In this document: piece by piece, positions 39,881 through 50,421 of the stretch
How positions within the stretch are numbered: the first letter of the stretch is position 1
Layout: each line of letters begins with the position of its first letter
Assembly: GCA_035536015.1 (NCBI GenBank)
Contig: DATLOY010000003.1
Span: forward strand, 1 to 55,111
Direction of reading: 5' to 3'
Source of the DNA: Sphingomicrobium sp.
Lineage (GTDB): Bacteria > Pseudomonadota > Alphaproteobacteria > Sphingomonadales > Sphingomonadaceae
Length of the DNA stretch: 55,111 nt
Translations under genes and position numbers: made by a program
Notes under the pieces: model-generated
Database searches by the model: none
Told to the model about the DNA's origin: nothing
Seen by the model: only the letters and a program-made list of their open reading frames with translations

Positions 39881-40180
39881 ATGCTCGAGAACCAGAAGAT
39901 TCGTCCGGCCCAAGTCATCGGTCCGCTTGGCGAGCCGCTGACGCTCGACAGCTTGCCTCCTGCTTCCACGACCCGCTGGGTTGTGCGCCGGAAGGCGGAG
40001 GTCGTGGCTGCTGTCGCGGGCGGCCTTCTGACGGTCGACGAAGCCTGCGCTCGTTATTCCCTGAGTCTCGAGGAATTCACGGGTTGGCAGCGCGCTGTCG
40101 ATCGCAGCGGAATGCCAGGCCTCAGGGTGACGCGGATCAAGCAGTACCGCGACCAGTACGAACGCCAGCAGCGCTACTAG
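39881..40180 (+). CDS. sciP: CtrA inhibitor SciP (DUF1153)
   Basis: VIGPLGEPLTLDSLPP...RWVVRRKAEVVAAV.GGLL...GLRVTRI; divergent from mnmA. Confidence 0.93.
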   Translation: MLENQKIRPAQVIGPLGEPLTLDSLPPASTTRWVVRRKAEVVAAVAGGLLTVDEACARYSLSLEEFTGWQRAVDRSGMPGLRVTRIKQYRDQYERQQRY

Positions 40181-40280
40181 GCGCCGGCACAACTCGTTAC
40201 GTGCGCTAATCTATCCAGCTTTGCCGCAAGCTTCGCCGCGCGAATCCGAACCTTATTGCTGGACAGACTCTTCTGAATCC

Positions 40281-40306
40281 GGAACAACCAAGACGCATCG
40301 CGCGTC
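40281..40306 (+). promoter_or_regulatory. EcfG/SigT-like general stress promoter
   Basis: GGAAC-N17-CGTC, one mismatch from GGAAC-N16/17-CGTT, upstream of the GlsB/YeaQ/YmgE gene. Confidence 0.45.
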
Positions 40307-40359
40307 TTGATGCGGACGGCCGCCGCGTAGCGAGGCGGCCAGCAACAGGAGGGAAATTG

Positions 40360-40614
40360 ATGGGTATCATCATATGGCTCATCGTCGGCGGCGTTGTCGG
40401 CTGGCTTGCAAGTCTGATCATGCGCACCGACGCCCAACAGGGCATCGTTCTCAACATTGTCGTTGGAATCGTTGGCGCAGTGATTGCCGGATTATTGCTC
40501 GGAAAGGGCAATATCAACGGCGGGCTGACCGTGGAAACGTTCCTGTGGTCGCTTCTCGGCGCCGTCATCCTGCTCGCGGTCGTGAATCTCGTCCGCAGGG
40601 GAACGGTTCGCTAG
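40360..40614 (+). CDS. GlsB/YeaQ/YmgE family stress membrane protein
   Basis: IIWLIVGGVVGWLASLIM...NIVVGIVGAVIAG...SLLGAVILL; GGAGG RBS. Confidence 0.92.
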   Translation: MGIIIWLIVGGVVGWLASLIMRTDAQQGIVLNIVVGIVGAVIAGLLLGKGNINGGLTVETFLWSLLGAVILLAVVNLVRRGTVR

Positions 40615-40635
40615 CTCGGCAACCTGCAAATCCGG

Positions 40636-40670
40636 GAAGGCCGCGCGAGCTGGGTTCGCGCGGCCTTCTT
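40636..40670. terminator. Intrinsic terminator-like hairpin between convergent genes
   Basis: GAAGGCCGCGCGAGC-TGG-GTTCGCGCGGCCTTC followed by TT. Confidence 0.7.
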
Positions 40671-40679
40671 CGTTCATGG

Positions 40680-41399
40680 CTATTGAAGCTCGAAGGCCAT
40701 CGCGAGATTGACCTGAAGCTTCTGCTCGCCCGGATCGATCTTCGTATAGGCAGCGTTCGCGCGGGCCTCCATCATTACCGGCATCGGCGGCGGAACCGCG
40801 TAGCCGCCGCTTTCGCTGACCGACAGCAATCGAACCACGCGCATTCCCAATGACCGCGCGTAAAGCTCGGCCCTAGCCCGGCCAGTTGCCAGAGCCTTGG
40901 TCCGAGCCTCGTCGAGAGCCTCATCAGGCTTGTCGATCGTGAGGTTGGGTCCGTTGATCTGGTTCGCGCCCTGGGCGACCAGCGCGTCCAGGATTTTCCC
41001 CGTGTTGCGAATGTCGCGGAAGCGAACATTGACCTGGTTCGAGGCCGTATAGCCGACCAGCTGCGGCGGCTGATTGTCCGCATAGCGATATTCGGGATTG
41101 AGGCTGATGTTGCTCGTCTGAATGTCCCGGTCGTCGATTCCGGCCCGCTTCAACGCGACCCGGACGCGCTCCATTTGCGCGGCGTTTTGCTCAAGCGCGG
41201 CGGTCGCGGTCGCAGATCGCGTTACGACACCCGCATTGACGATTGCGATGTCCGGGACCCGGGTCGCCTCGCCAACTGCGTTGATCTCGACCCGGGTACC
41301 GGCGATCGATGGCGCGACGATTGTGGCCTGCTGAGCCCAGGAAGCGGCCGGAACCGCCGCCAGGGCAAATGCAAGCGCAGCGAAAAGCACTCGTTTCAT
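40680..41399 (-). CDS. SIMPL (DUF541) periplasmic protein
   Basis: Signal peptide; PDIAIVNAGV, DIQTSNISLNPEY, GANQINGP, IDPGEQ. Confidence 0.93.
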   Translation of the reverse strand: MKRVLFAALAFALAAVPAASWAQQATIVAPSIAGTRVEINAVGEATRVPDIAIVNAGVVTRSATATAALEQNAAQMERVRVALKRAGIDDRDIQTSNISLNPEYRYADNQPPQLVGYTASNQVNVRFRDIRNTGKILDALVAQGANQINGPNLTIDKPDEALDEARTKALATGRARAELYARSLGMRVVRLLSVSESGGYAVPPPMPVMMEARANAAYTKIDPGEQKLQVNLAMAFELQ

Positions 41400-41481
41400 T
41401 TTATGATTATCCTCGTTCTTCATCGAGCGCGCCGAGGGTCGCTCGGCCGGCATGGCTGCACCCTGAACGGCGTAGCCGGTT

Positions 41482-41745
41482 CTAAGCGCGATTTCGGACG
41501 ATCAGCCGGTAGATGAGCAACAGGACGAAGGCACCGACGATCGCCGCGAGGAAGCCCGCACCCTCGTCCGTGCGATACCAGCCGATCGCATGGCCGATCC
41601 AGCCCGCCAGCAAAGCTCCCGCAATGCCGAGAATGATTGTGACAAGGCACCCGCCAGGGTCGCGCCCCGGCATCAGCAATTTCGCAATGGCACCGGCAAT
41701 TCCACCGATGATGATCCAGACGAGCCAGCTGTAACCTGCCAACAT
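41482..41745 (-). CDS. GlsB/YeaQ/YmgE family stress membrane protein
   Basis: WIIIGGIAGAIAKLLMPGRDPGG..TIILGIAGA; start at MLAGY after a GAAGGGGAA purine tract. Confidence 0.92.
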   Translation of the reverse strand: MLAGYSWLVWIIIGGIAGAIAKLLMPGRDPGGCLVTIILGIAGALLAGWIGHAIGWYRTDEGAGFLAAIVGAFVLLLIYRLIVRNRA

Positions 41746-41954
41746 AGTCCATTCCCCTTCTTGAACGACCTTGCGCCCGATGAGCGGGCCCGCCACATGC
41801 GCCAACGCGCGCTGGCGGCGCAAGTGCCGCTGTTGGTCGAAAAACGCTGGCGTTCACCGGTGCCAACGTCACCTCTGTTGCGCTAGGTGCCTTATTATCG
41901 TAATACAGCTGCCATAAGGCCAAAATGGCAGATTCTTGGAACTGGGCGGGAATG

Positions 41955-43130
41955 ATGAACCGGGAAACCTCGATTTACAGCTCCGATACGCTGGTCGTTC
42001 GCGACCGTCGTCAGAGCCGCCGGTGGGTGATCATCGGCGCTGTGGTTGCGCTCGTTCTCGTCGCCGTCCTCATTGCCATGATGATGGGACGCAGCGCCAG
42101 CCAGACCAAGGAGCAGGCTGCCGCCCAGAGCGCCGGCCAGATTCCGACCGTCAGCGTCATCGTCCCCGGGCAGACGTCGGTCGGCCGCACGGTGACCGCC
42201 AGCGGACCGCTCGCCGCCAAGCGCGACCAGCCGATCGGAATTGCCGGTTCGGGAGGCCGCGTCATTCGGGTTCTGGTCGATGCGGGCAACTGGGTTCGTG
42301 CGGGACAAGTGCTCGCTGTCGTCGACCGGTCGGTTCAGGCCGAGCAGGCAGCTCAGCTCGCCGCGCAGGTCGACGCGGCACGCGCCAATGCAGCGCTGGC
42401 CCAGGCGAATTACGAGCGCGCAATCGCCCTGCAGGGCCGCGGCTTCGTTTCCAAGGCGGAAATCGATTCCAAGAAAGCGACGCGCGATGCGGCCAACGCC
42501 CAGGTTCGGGTCGCCCAGGCCCAGCTTGGAGCAACTCGCGCGGAGATCGGCCGCCTGAATGTCGTAGCTCCTGTCGCGGGCCTCGTGCTCGCTCGCAACG
42601 TCGAGGTCGGACAGATCGTCGGATCGGGTTCCGGCCCATTGTTCCGGCTTGCGGAGGGCGGCCAGATGGAGATGCAGGCGCAGCTCGCCCAGCAGGACCT
42701 TTCGCTGGTTCATGTCGGAATGCCGGCCCAGATCACGCCCGTGGGATCCGACCGCAGCTTCTCCGGCACCGTCTGGCAAGTGGCCCCGGCCATCGATCCG
42801 CAGTCGCGCCTGGGGTCCGTCCGCATTGCGGTTCCCTATGATCCGGTCATCCGTCCGGGAGGCTATGCGGAGGCGCGCATCAGCAGCGGAACCACCCTGG
42901 CGCCGCTTCTTCCGCAAAGCGCGGTGCTCAGCGACGATCGCGGCAATTACGTCTACATCATCAATGCCAAGAACGTGGTCGAGCGTCGCGACATCAAGAT
43001 CGGTACCGTCAACGATAGCGGCGTGACGATCGCCCAGGGCATTAGCGGGAACGAAGCGGTGGTGCTTTCCGCCGGTCCGTTCCTCAACCCGGGGCAGAAA
43101 GTGAATCCGAGGCGTCAGTCGGCGCATTGA
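41955..43130 (+). CDS. RND efflux periplasmic adaptor (MFP)
   Basis: N-terminal TM helix, lipoyl-like VDAGNWVRAGQVLA, alpha-hairpin, APVAGLV. Confidence 0.93.
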   Translation: MNRETSIYSSDTLVVRDRRQSRRWVIIGAVVALVLVAVLIAMMMGRSASQTKEQAAAQSAGQIPTVSVIVPGQTSVGRTVTASGPLAAKRDQPIGIAGSGGRVIRVLVDAGNWVRAGQVLAVVDRSVQAEQAAQLAAQVDAARANAALAQANYERAIALQGRGFVSKAEIDSKKATRDAANAQVRVAQAQLGATRAEIGRLNVVAPVAGLVLARNVEVGQIVGSGSGPLFRLAEGGQMEMQAQLAQQDLSLVHVGMPAQITPVGSDRSFSGTVWQVAPAIDPQSRLGSVRIAVPYDPVIRPGGYAEARISSGTTLAPLLPQSAVLSDDRGNYVYIINAKNVVERRDIKIGTVNDSGVTIAQGISGNEAVVLSAGPFLNPGQKVNPRRQSAH

Positions 43131-43159
43131 GCGCCCTGGTCAGGTAGAAGAGCTCAAGC

Positions 43160-46100
43160 ATGAACTTCCGCAACATCTCGTCCTGGTGCATCCGCAACCC
43201 GGTCGGCCCGATCGTGCTCTTCGTCGGGCTGATGCTCGCGGGGCTGATCGCGTTCGCCCGAATGCAAGTGAACAACGCTCCGGACATCGACTTTCCGGCG
43301 GCGATCGTCTCCGTCACCCAGCCCGGCGCCGCGCCGAACGAAATGGAGACGCAAGTCACGCAGCGGGTCGAATCCGCCATCCGCGGCATCAGCGGCGTGG
43401 ACGAGATCAACAGCACCGTTGTCGAGGGCAACAGCACGACGTTCGTCTCATTCCAGCTCGGCACCCCGACCGATCGCGCGGTCAATGATGTGCGCAACGC
43501 CGTCGATCAGATCCGGAGCAACCTTCCGGACGGGATCCTCGAGCCGCAGGTCACGCGCGTCGACGCGGAGTCCGAACCGATCTCCTACGTCGGCGCCCAG
43601 ACCACCGACATGACGCTCGAGCAATTGAGCTGGTACATCGACAATACGGTCGCCAAGCGGCTGCTCGGCCTTCCCGGGATTGCGTCGGTCAGCCGAGTGG
43701 GCGGCGTCGATCGCAACATCCGGGTGATCCTGGATCCGGCCGCCCTTCAGGCGCAGGGCATTACGGCAGCGCAGGTCAATCAGCAGCTTCGTCAGAGCAA
43801 CATGAACGGCGCCGGCGGACGTGCCGAGATCGCGGGCTCCGAGCAATCGGTGCGCGTGCTCGGCAACGCGCAGGACGCTTATGCGCTCTCGCAAACGCAG
43901 ATTTCGCTGCCCGGCGGCCGCTTCGTGAAGCTCGCCGACCTGGGCGAGGTCAAGGACAGCAACAGCGAGCAACGCTCGATCGCCAAGATGAACGGCCGGC
44001 AGGTCGTGACCTTCATGATCCAGCGGGCGAAGGGCTCGTCGGAAGTTACGGCCTATGATGGTGGCTGGAAGGAACTGAAGAAGCTGGAGAAGGAGAATCC
44101 GAAGGTCCATTTCTCCGAGGTCTTCAACACCGTCGATTATACAAAGTCGCAATACCGGTCCGCGATGGAGGGCCTCGTCGAGGGCGCGATCCTCGCGGTG
44201 CTTGTGGTGCTGCTGTTCCTTCGGGACATCCGCGCGACGGCAATTTCGGCGATCTCCATCCCGCTCTCGGCCATCCCCGCCTTCGCATTCATGAGCATGA
44301 TGGGCATCACCATGAACTTCATGTCGACCATGGCCATGGGCCTGGTCGCGGGCGTTCTGGTCGATGACGCGATCGTGGAGATCGAAAACATCGTCCGGCA
44401 CATGCGCATGGGCAAGTCCGCCTATCAGGCGTCGCTCGATGCAGCCGACGAGATCGGCCTCGCGGTGCTGGCGACGACCATGGCGATCGTGGCGGTCTTC
44501 CTGCCCGTCGCCTTGATGCCGGGAATCGCCGGCCAGTATTTCAAGGCGTTCGGCTTCACCGTCGTCCTGTCGGTGCTGATGAGCCTCTTCGTCGCGCGAA
44601 TGATCACGCCCCTGATCGCAGCCTATTTTCTGCGGTCGAAGGGCGTCCAGCCCCACGCCGCGTGGAAGTGGATGGACGTTTACCTGAAGGTCCTGAACTG
44701 GAGCCTCGATACGTCGAAAGCGCACGCGCTTCTTGCGAAATTGCCGAAGCCGGCGCGGAGCTTTGGCTATTGGCTCCTCGCCATCCTCTTGTTCGTTCCG
44801 GTGATCCTGGTGTTCGGCGCCGCGACCTTCGCCGCGATGATGGGCCTCGGAAAGATTGGCTTGCCCGGCGCCGTCGGCTTCGGGATCGGCGTCCTTGTGG
44901 GCGTCGCCGCGGCATACGGAGCGGCGAAACTCATCGCTGCGCTGATCCAGCTGTTCGGCGGCGGATTTGGCGAATGGCATGGCATGCTCGTCGATCGCTG
45001 GAATGCGCGGATGCATGACCACCGAATGGCGATGGTTGGGGCGGGAGTTCTCACCCTGCTGATCAGTGCGGGACTGTTCGGCACATTGCCGCTGTCGTTC
45101 TTCCCGCCCCAGAACGACGATTATTCACGCGTCAACATCACAATGCCGCCGGGGACGACGCTGAAGCAGACGGAATCCGTCACCGATCGGGTTGCCGCTC
45201 TCGTCCAGAAGGATCCGAGCGTCGAACGCGTGTTCGAACGGATCAATGTCGGGACCGGCCGCGTGAACATCGTGCTGAAGAAAGACCGGAAGGTTACGAG
45301 CACCGAGTTCGAGCGCGCGATGGCGCCGTCTTTGTCGGCCTTCCCCGACGCGCGCGTGAGCTTCATGAGCCAGAATGGCGGAGGTCCCGACAACGACGCG
45401 CGTGACATCATGTTGTATCTGGGCGGGGACGACCCGGTCCAGCTGGACGAAGTCGCCAACCGGATCGCCAAGGAGATGGGGACCGTCCCGGGCCTCCGCG
45501 CGCCACGCGTCGGAAGCAACCTCGCGCAGCCCGAAATCACCATCAAGCCGCACTTCGACCTGGCGGCCGACCTTGGAGTGACCACTGCCGCGCTCAGCCA
45601 GACGATCCGAATCGCCACGCTCGGCGACATCGAACAGAACAGCGCCAAATTCTCGCTGTCGGACCGGCAGGTGCCGATCCAGGTTTCGCTGTCGGAGAAT
45701 GCCCGCCGGGACATCCAGACGCTCGAGAATTTACCGGTCCCGACGTCGAACGGAAGCTCGGTGCCGCTGAAGGCTGTTGCCGACGTAGGCTTCGGTTCGG
45801 GTCCGACGACGATCAATCGCTCGAACCAGCTCCGCCGCCTTACGATCGGCGCGGACCTCGCTCCGGGTTACGTCGAGGGCGACGTCTGGGCGAAAATCTA
45901 CGAGCTTCCGAGCTTCAAGAACCTGCCGCAGGGCGTTCAGAAGATGAACCTCGGCAACCAGAAATGGCAGGCCGAGCTGCTGTTCAACTTTGCGATCGCG
46001 CTGATCTCGGGCGTGTTGCTGGTGTTCGCCGTCCTGGTGCTTCTCTACCGCCGCTTCCTGGCGCCGTTCGTCAACATGGGCTCGCTGCTGCTGGCCCCGC

Positions 46101-46546
46101 TTGGAGCGGCGGTTGCGCTCCATATTGCCGGGCAGCCCGTTTCACTCTTTGTGTTGATCGGCATCCTCATGCTGTTCGGCATCGTCGCCAAGAACTCGAT
46201 CCTTCTGGTCGATTTCGCGGTCGAGATGATGAACCATGGCATGAAGAAGAACGATGCGATCTGGGAAGCCGGCCACAAGCGCGCGCAGCCGATCGTCATG
46301 ACGACCGTCGCCATGGTCGCCGGCATGCTCCCGACGGCAATATCGATCAGCGGCGACAACAGCTGGCGGGCGCCAATGGGCATCACCGTGATCGGCGGCC
46401 TCATTTTCTCGACTCTGCTGACGCTGCTTCTCGTGCCCTCCTACTTCTCGATCGCCATCTCGATCGAGTCGCGGATCGGTCGCCTGTTCCATCGCCTGAT
46501 CGGCGAGGACGCACACCGCGAAGGGGTTGCCGTTCCAGCGGAGTGA
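43160..46546 (+). CDS. RND efflux permease (AcrB/MdtC-like)
   Basis: [40 protein letters not shown]. Confidence 0.96.
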   Translation: MNFRNISSWCIRNPVGPIVLFVGLMLAGLIAFARMQVNNAPDIDFPAAIVSVTQPGAAPNEMETQVTQRVESAIRGISGVDEINSTVVEGNSTTFVSFQLGTPTDRAVNDVRNAVDQIRSNLPDGILEPQVTRVDAESEPISYVGAQTTDMTLEQLSWYIDNTVAKRLLGLPGIASVSRVGGVDRNIRVILDPAALQAQGITAAQVNQQLRQSNMNGAGGRAEIAGSEQSVRVLGNAQDAYALSQTQISLPGGRFVKLADLGEVKDSNSEQRSIAKMNGRQVVTFMIQRAKGSSEVTAYDGGWKELKKLEKENPKVHFSEVFNTVDYTKSQYRSAMEGLVEGAILAVLVVLLFLRDIRATAISAISIPLSAIPAFAFMSMMGITMNFMSTMAMGLVAGVLVDDAIVEIENIVRHMRMGKSAYQASLDAADEIGLAVLATTMAIVAVFLPVALMPGIAGQYFKAFGFTVVLSVLMSLFVARMITPLIAAYFLRSKGVQPHAAWKWMDVYLKVLNWSLDTSKAHALLAKLPKPARSFGYWLLAILLFVPVILVFGAATFAAMMGLGKIGLPGAVGFGIGVLVGVAAAYGAAKLIAALIQLFGGGFGEWHGMLVDRWNARMHDHRMAMVGAGVLTLLISAGLFGTLPLSFFPPQNDDYSRVNITMPPGTTLKQTESVTDRVAALVQKDPSVERVFERINVGTGRVNIVLKKDRKVTSTEFERAMAPSLSAFPDARVSFMSQNGGGPDNDARDIMLYLGGDDPVQLDEVANRIAKEMGTVPGLRAPRVGSNLAQPEITIKPHFDLAADLGVTTAALSQTIRIATLGDIEQNSAKFSLSDRQVPIQVSLSENARRDIQTLENLPVPTSNGSSVPLKAVADVGFGSGPTTINRSNQLRRLTIGADLAPGYVEGDVWAKIYELPSFKNLPQGVQKMNLGNQKWQAELLFNFAIALISGVLLVFAVLVLLYRRFLAPFVNMGSLLLAPLGAAVALHIAGQPVSLFVLIGILMLFGIVAKNSILLVDFAVEMMNHGMKKNDAIWEAGHKRAQPIVMTTVAMVAGMLPTAISISGDNSWRAPMGITVIGGLIFSTLLTLLLVPSYFSIAISIESRIGRLFHRLIGEDAHREGVAVPAE

Positions 46547-46577
46547 ACCGAACAACATCTCCGGCTATTGAGGACGC

Positions 46578-47846
46578 GTGAACCGCGCGCCCGCCCAACC
46601 GGTTTTGAGCCGCTTCAACCCGAGTCAGCCGGGCGCCCAGGGCATGAAAGTCGTTGCGACCGGGCTGCTCGTCCTGATGGCCATGGTGTTCATCGCGGCC
46701 CGGGCATTTGAGCCCGCCTATCCCTGGCTGGGCTATGTGAAGGCATTCGCGGAAGCGGCGATGGTCGGCGGCCTCGCCGATTGGTTCGCCGTGACTGCGC
46801 TCTTCCGGCATCCGCTTGGTCTGCCGATCCCGCACACCGCGATCATTCCGCGCAACAAGGACAGGATCGGCGAGGCACTCGCCAATTTCCTCAGGGAGAA
46901 TTTCCTCATCCCCTCGGTGGTGGCGAGGCGGATGCAGAATATCGACGTTGCCGGCGCGACGGGGCGGTTCCTGCAGACCCCGGCGGGCGAAGGCACGCGC
47001 ATCCGCGCGGGCGCTTCACGTCTGATCGCCGACATTTTCGAGAGCCTCGACGACGAGCGCCTGGGCGGGATCGTGAAAGGCGCGATCGCCGCCCGAATCC
47101 GCCGGACCGAAATTTCACCGCTCCTCGGCCATGCGCTTGCTTCGGCGATCAACGAAGACCGGCACGTGCCCATGCTCGAAGCCGCCATCCGCTGGATGGC
47201 TCGCGCGCTCGACGCCAACGAGGATCTGATCCGAGACATGGTCCACAAGAAGGCCAACTGGGTGTTGAAGCTCGCGGGGCTGGACGCGAAGCTTGCCGAC
47301 GCAATCATCGATGGGCTGAGGAAGCTGACCGCGGAAATGTCGACCGACCCCGCCCATCCGGTGCGAGTCAAAGTTGAGGAAGCGCTCGCCCAGCTGGCGA
47401 ACGATCTTCAGACCAAGGCGGAAACTCGCGAACGCGTCGAAGCGATGAAAGAGCAATTGCTCGACAATCGTTCGGTCAGCCTGTGGCTCGATGCCTTGTG
47501 GCAAAAGGGGCGCGAGGCGGTAATCCGCGCCGCTCGAAATCCGGATGCGGTGCTCGCTGGCAAGCTTGGCGAGATCCTGAAATCCATGGGCAGCACGCTG
47601 GAGAGCGATCGCCGAATCCGCGCGGCCATCAACCAGTTCGCGCGGCGCGCCGTCGTCGGGGCGGCCGCAAGCTACGGCGGGCAGATCGTGAAGCTGGTGT
47701 CGGAAACGATCCGCGGCTGGGACGCGCGCACGGTCACGGCGCGGCTCGAAGCTGCGGTCGGCCGAGACCTGCAATATATCCGCATCAACGGCACGCTGGT
47801 CGGCGGACTCGTCGGCCTTGTCCTGCATGTGGTGGATGGGCTGTGA
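46578..47846 (+). CDS. DUF445 (YjiN-like) membrane protein
   Basis: AEAAMVGGLADWFAVTALFRHPLGLPIPHTAIIPRNK; GRDLQYIRINGTLVGG. Confidence 0.94.
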   Translation: MNRAPAQPVLSRFNPSQPGAQGMKVVATGLLVLMAMVFIAARAFEPAYPWLGYVKAFAEAAMVGGLADWFAVTALFRHPLGLPIPHTAIIPRNKDRIGEALANFLRENFLIPSVVARRMQNIDVAGATGRFLQTPAGEGTRIRAGASRLIADIFESLDDERLGGIVKGAIAARIRRTEISPLLGHALASAINEDRHVPMLEAAIRWMARALDANEDLIRDMVHKKANWVLKLAGLDAKLADAIIDGLRKLTAEMSTDPAHPVRVKVEEALAQLANDLQTKAETRERVEAMKEQLLDNRSVSLWLDALWQKGREAVIRAARNPDAVLAGKLGEILKSMGSTLESDRRIRAAINQFARRAVVGAAASYGGQIVKLVSETIRGWDARTVTARLEAAVGRDLQYIRINGTLVGGLVGLVLHVVDGL

Positions 47847-48619
47847 GCGACGAACGCCTTGACCGGCTGGCCGAGACCGCGCGCAATCGCGGGCTGAAGC
47901 TGGTGCGCTCGCGCGTCCGCACGCCCGGCAAGCGGCGCTTCGGCAAGCTCGGGCTCACGGATCCAGGTGGCAAGGCCGTGTTCGGGATGGACGACAAGGG
48001 CCCGAATGCGAAGCCCGAGGACGTCGAACATTACCTCCGGAATCTCGGCGCGAAGGACTGGGGCGCGTCGCTCGACGTCGCGGTCATGCCGAGGAAGCGC
48101 AGGCCGGCGAAAGTCAGACCGACGGTCGCCAACGACACCGAGGCCGCCCCGAAGCCGAAACGTGAGCCGGATCCTCTTCCGCCGCCGCCCAAGCCGAAGC
48201 TGAAGATCCGGGAAGCGAAGCCCGGTGATTCCGAGGTCCTCGTCGATTTGATCAAGTATCTCGGTCACGAGATCGACGAGAAATCCGTACGCAAGAATAT
48301 CGGAAAGCTCGCGAAGGCCGGCGAATCGCCGCTCGTCGCGACGCTCGACAAGAGAGTCGTCGGCTTCGTTGGAGTCCACCGCATGGTGACCGTCCACCGT
48401 CCTGCTCCCGTCGGCCGCATTCCCGTGCTCGTCGTCGCCCAGGAGGCGCAGGACCATGGCATCGGACGCTTGTTGGTCGAGGCCGCCGAGCAATGGTGTC
48501 GCAAGGCCGGTTGCCAGATCATCGAGGTGACCAGCAACGACCGCCGCGCGGCCGCCCACGCATTCTACCGGCATCTCGGATATGAGCGCACCAGCATGCG
48601 CTTCATGAAGAAGCTCTAG
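47843..48619 (+). CDS. GNAT acetyltransferase with an uncharacterised basic N-terminal domain
   Basis: GTG overlaps the DUF445 stop (GTGA); C-terminal QDHGIGRLL...[10 protein letters not shown]; Pro/Lys linker. Confidence 0.85.
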   Translation: MSDERLDRLAETARNRGLKLVRSRVRTPGKRRFGKLGLTDPGGKAVFGMDDKGPNAKPEDVEHYLRNLGAKDWGASLDVAVMPRKRRPAKVRPTVANDTEAAPKPKREPDPLPPPPKPKLKIREAKPGDSEVLVDLIKYLGHEIDEKSVRKNIGKLAKAGESPLVATLDKRVVGFVGVHRMVTVHRPAPVGRIPVLVVAQEAQDHGIGRLLVEAAEQWCRKAGCQIIEVTSNDRRAAAHAFYRHLGYERTSMRFMKKL

Positions 48620-49899
48620 CCGGCGCTCCGCCGCTCGATCGCCGCGCCGACCGCGGAGAGCTTCTCTTCCAGCCGCTCGTAGCCCCGATCGAGGTGGTAG
48701 ACGCGAAGCACCTCGGTCTCGCCCTCCGCCGCCAGGCCAGCGAGGATGAGGCTCATCGACGCGCGAAGGTCGGTTGCCATTACGCTGGCACCCGTGAGGT
48801 CGGTCACCCCGCGAACGATCGCCGACCGTCCGTGGATGTCCACGTCCGCCCCCATCCGCCGGAGCTCGGGTACGTGCATGTAGCGGTTCTCGAAGATCGT
48901 CTCCTCGAGGAAGCTGTCGCCCTCCGCGAGCGCGAGCATAGCCATGAACTGCGCCTGCATGTCCGTCGCGAAGCCGGGAAAGGGAGCAGTGGAGAGGGCT
49001 AGCGGCTTCAGCCCGCCATTCGCGCTCACCTTGATGCCTTTGTCGTGAAACTCGATCATCAGCCCGGCCTGGGCGAGCGCGTTCAGGGTCGCTCGCATGT
49101 CGTCAGGCCTCGCACCCACGAGATCGATCGAACCGCCGGTGATGCCCGCCGCGCAGGCGTAGCTCCCGGCTTCGATTCGGTCGGGCATGACCTCGTACGT
49201 CGTGCCGTGTAGCGCTTCGACGCCGTCGATGATCAAATGCGCTGATCCGATCCCCTCGATCCTCGCGCCCATGGCGGTGAGCAGATTGCAGAGATCGACA
49301 ATCTCGGGCTCGCGCGCCGCGTTGAACAATTGCGTCCGGCCGGTCGTGAGAACCGCTGCCATGACGGCATTCTCCGTCGCTCCGACGGAAACGACCGGGA
49401 AGCTGAAGTCGCCGCCGGGAAGCCGTCCCTTGGAAGCGGTCGCTTTCACATAGCCCGCGGCGAGTTCGATCTCCGCGCCCATGGCTTCGAGTGCCTTCAG
49501 GTGCAGGTCAATGGGCCGGTCGCCGATCGCGCAGCCGCCCGGCAGCGAAACCGTCGCTTCGCCTGCGCGCGCCAGTAGCGGGCCGAGCACGAGCACGGAT
49601 GCGCGCATTTTCCGGACCATGTCGTAAGGGGCGACGGTCGACGCGATTTCGCTCGCCTGGAATGTCACGCGACGCCCGAACTCGCCCTTTTTGACGCCCG
49701 CCACGCTGGTCGAAACCCCGAGCTGGTTCAGCAAATGGCTGAAAGTATCGACGTCGGCCAGGCGCGGCAGGTTGGTCAGGGTCAGCGGCTCATCGGTCAG
49801 CAACGCGCAGGGCATGAGCGTCAGCGCGGCATTTTTCGCGCCGCTGATCGGGATCTTCCCCTCAAGGCGCTTCCCGCCCTTGATCCAGATGCTGTCCAC
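48616..49899 (-). CDS. murA: UDP-N-acetylglucosamine 1-carboxyvinyltransferase
   Basis: [48 protein letters not shown]. Confidence 0.98.
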   Translation of the reverse strand: MDSIWIKGGKRLEGKIPISGAKNAALTLMPCALLTDEPLTLTNLPRLADVDTFSHLLNQLGVSTSVAGVKKGEFGRRVTFQASEIASTVAPYDMVRKMRASVLVLGPLLARAGEATVSLPGGCAIGDRPIDLHLKALEAMGAEIELAAGYVKATASKGRLPGGDFSFPVVSVGATENAVMAAVLTTGRTQLFNAAREPEIVDLCNLLTAMGARIEGIGSAHLIIDGVEALHGTTYEVMPDRIEAGSYACAAGITGGSIDLVGARPDDMRATLNALAQAGLMIEFHDKGIKVSANGGLKPLALSTAPFPGFATDMQAQFMAMLALAEGDSFLEETIFENRYMHVPELRRMGADVDIHGRSAIVRGVTDLTGASVMATDLRASMSLILAGLAAEGETEVLRVYHLDRGYERLEEKLSAVGAAIERRSAG

Positions 49900-49943
49900 G
49901 TCCGCGCTTTAGCGCGTGACGGGAGAGTGACAAGGAGCGGTGC

Positions 49944-50294
49944 TCAGGCCTTTTCGAGCGTGCACTGCAGCGGGTGCTGATTCTCCCGTGCGAAATCGAT
50001 CACTTGGGTGACCTTCGTCTCAGCGACTTCGTAGGTGAACACGCCGCAGACCGCGACGCCCTGCTGGTGGACCTGGAGCATCACTCGGGTCGCATCCTCG
50101 ATGCCCATCGAAAAAAAGCGCTGAAGGACGAGCACGACGAATTCCATCGGCGTATAATCGTCGTTCAACATGAGCACTTTGTAGTTCGACGGCTTCTTCG
50201 TCTTGGGCCGGGTGCGAGTCGCGACGCCGGTCTCGATTTCGTCGAGATCGTCGCCGTCGGGCCCGTTGGCCATGTTGATCGGGTGCGTGATCAT
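49944..50294 (-). CDS. clpS: ATP-dependent Clp protease adaptor
   Basis: [38 protein letters not shown]. Confidence 0.97.
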   Translation of the reverse strand: MITHPINMANGPDGDDLDEIETGVATRTRPKTKKPSNYKVLMLNDDYTPMEFVVLVLQRFFSMGIEDATRVMLQVHQQGVAVCGVFTYEVAETKVTQVIDFARENQHPLQCTLEKA

Positions 50295-50304
50295 CCGAGA
50301 CTAA

Positions 50305-50333
50305 AATATGGCAAGGTCAAAAACGCCCGCAAG
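50305..50333 (-). promoter_or_regulatory. RpoH-like promoter of clpS
   Basis: Minus strand CTTG-N18-CCATATT. Confidence 0.55.
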
Positions 50334-50355
50334 GCGGGTGTAGCCACTTAAGCTT

Positions 50356-50390
50356 AAAAAAATGGCGGCCGCCCTTTGGGAGCGGCCGCC
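50356..50390 (-). terminator. Intrinsic terminator of the phasin gene
   Basis: GGCGGCCGC/GCGGCCGCC stem followed by a T7 run on the minus strand. Confidence 0.8.
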
Positions 50391-50421
50391 GAAACGTTGC
50401 CAGACTTAGGAGGGGAGAGTG

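Noticed and set aside
47483-47842. N-terminal extension of the GNAT ORF (378 aa in the track)
   Set aside because: Overlaps DUF445 out of frame; the GTGA coupling at 47843 is the better start
50319-50341. Second terminator-like hairpin upstream of clpS
   Set aside because: Overlaps the RpoH-like -35 element and spacer, and a better terminator lies at 50356-50390; function ambiguous
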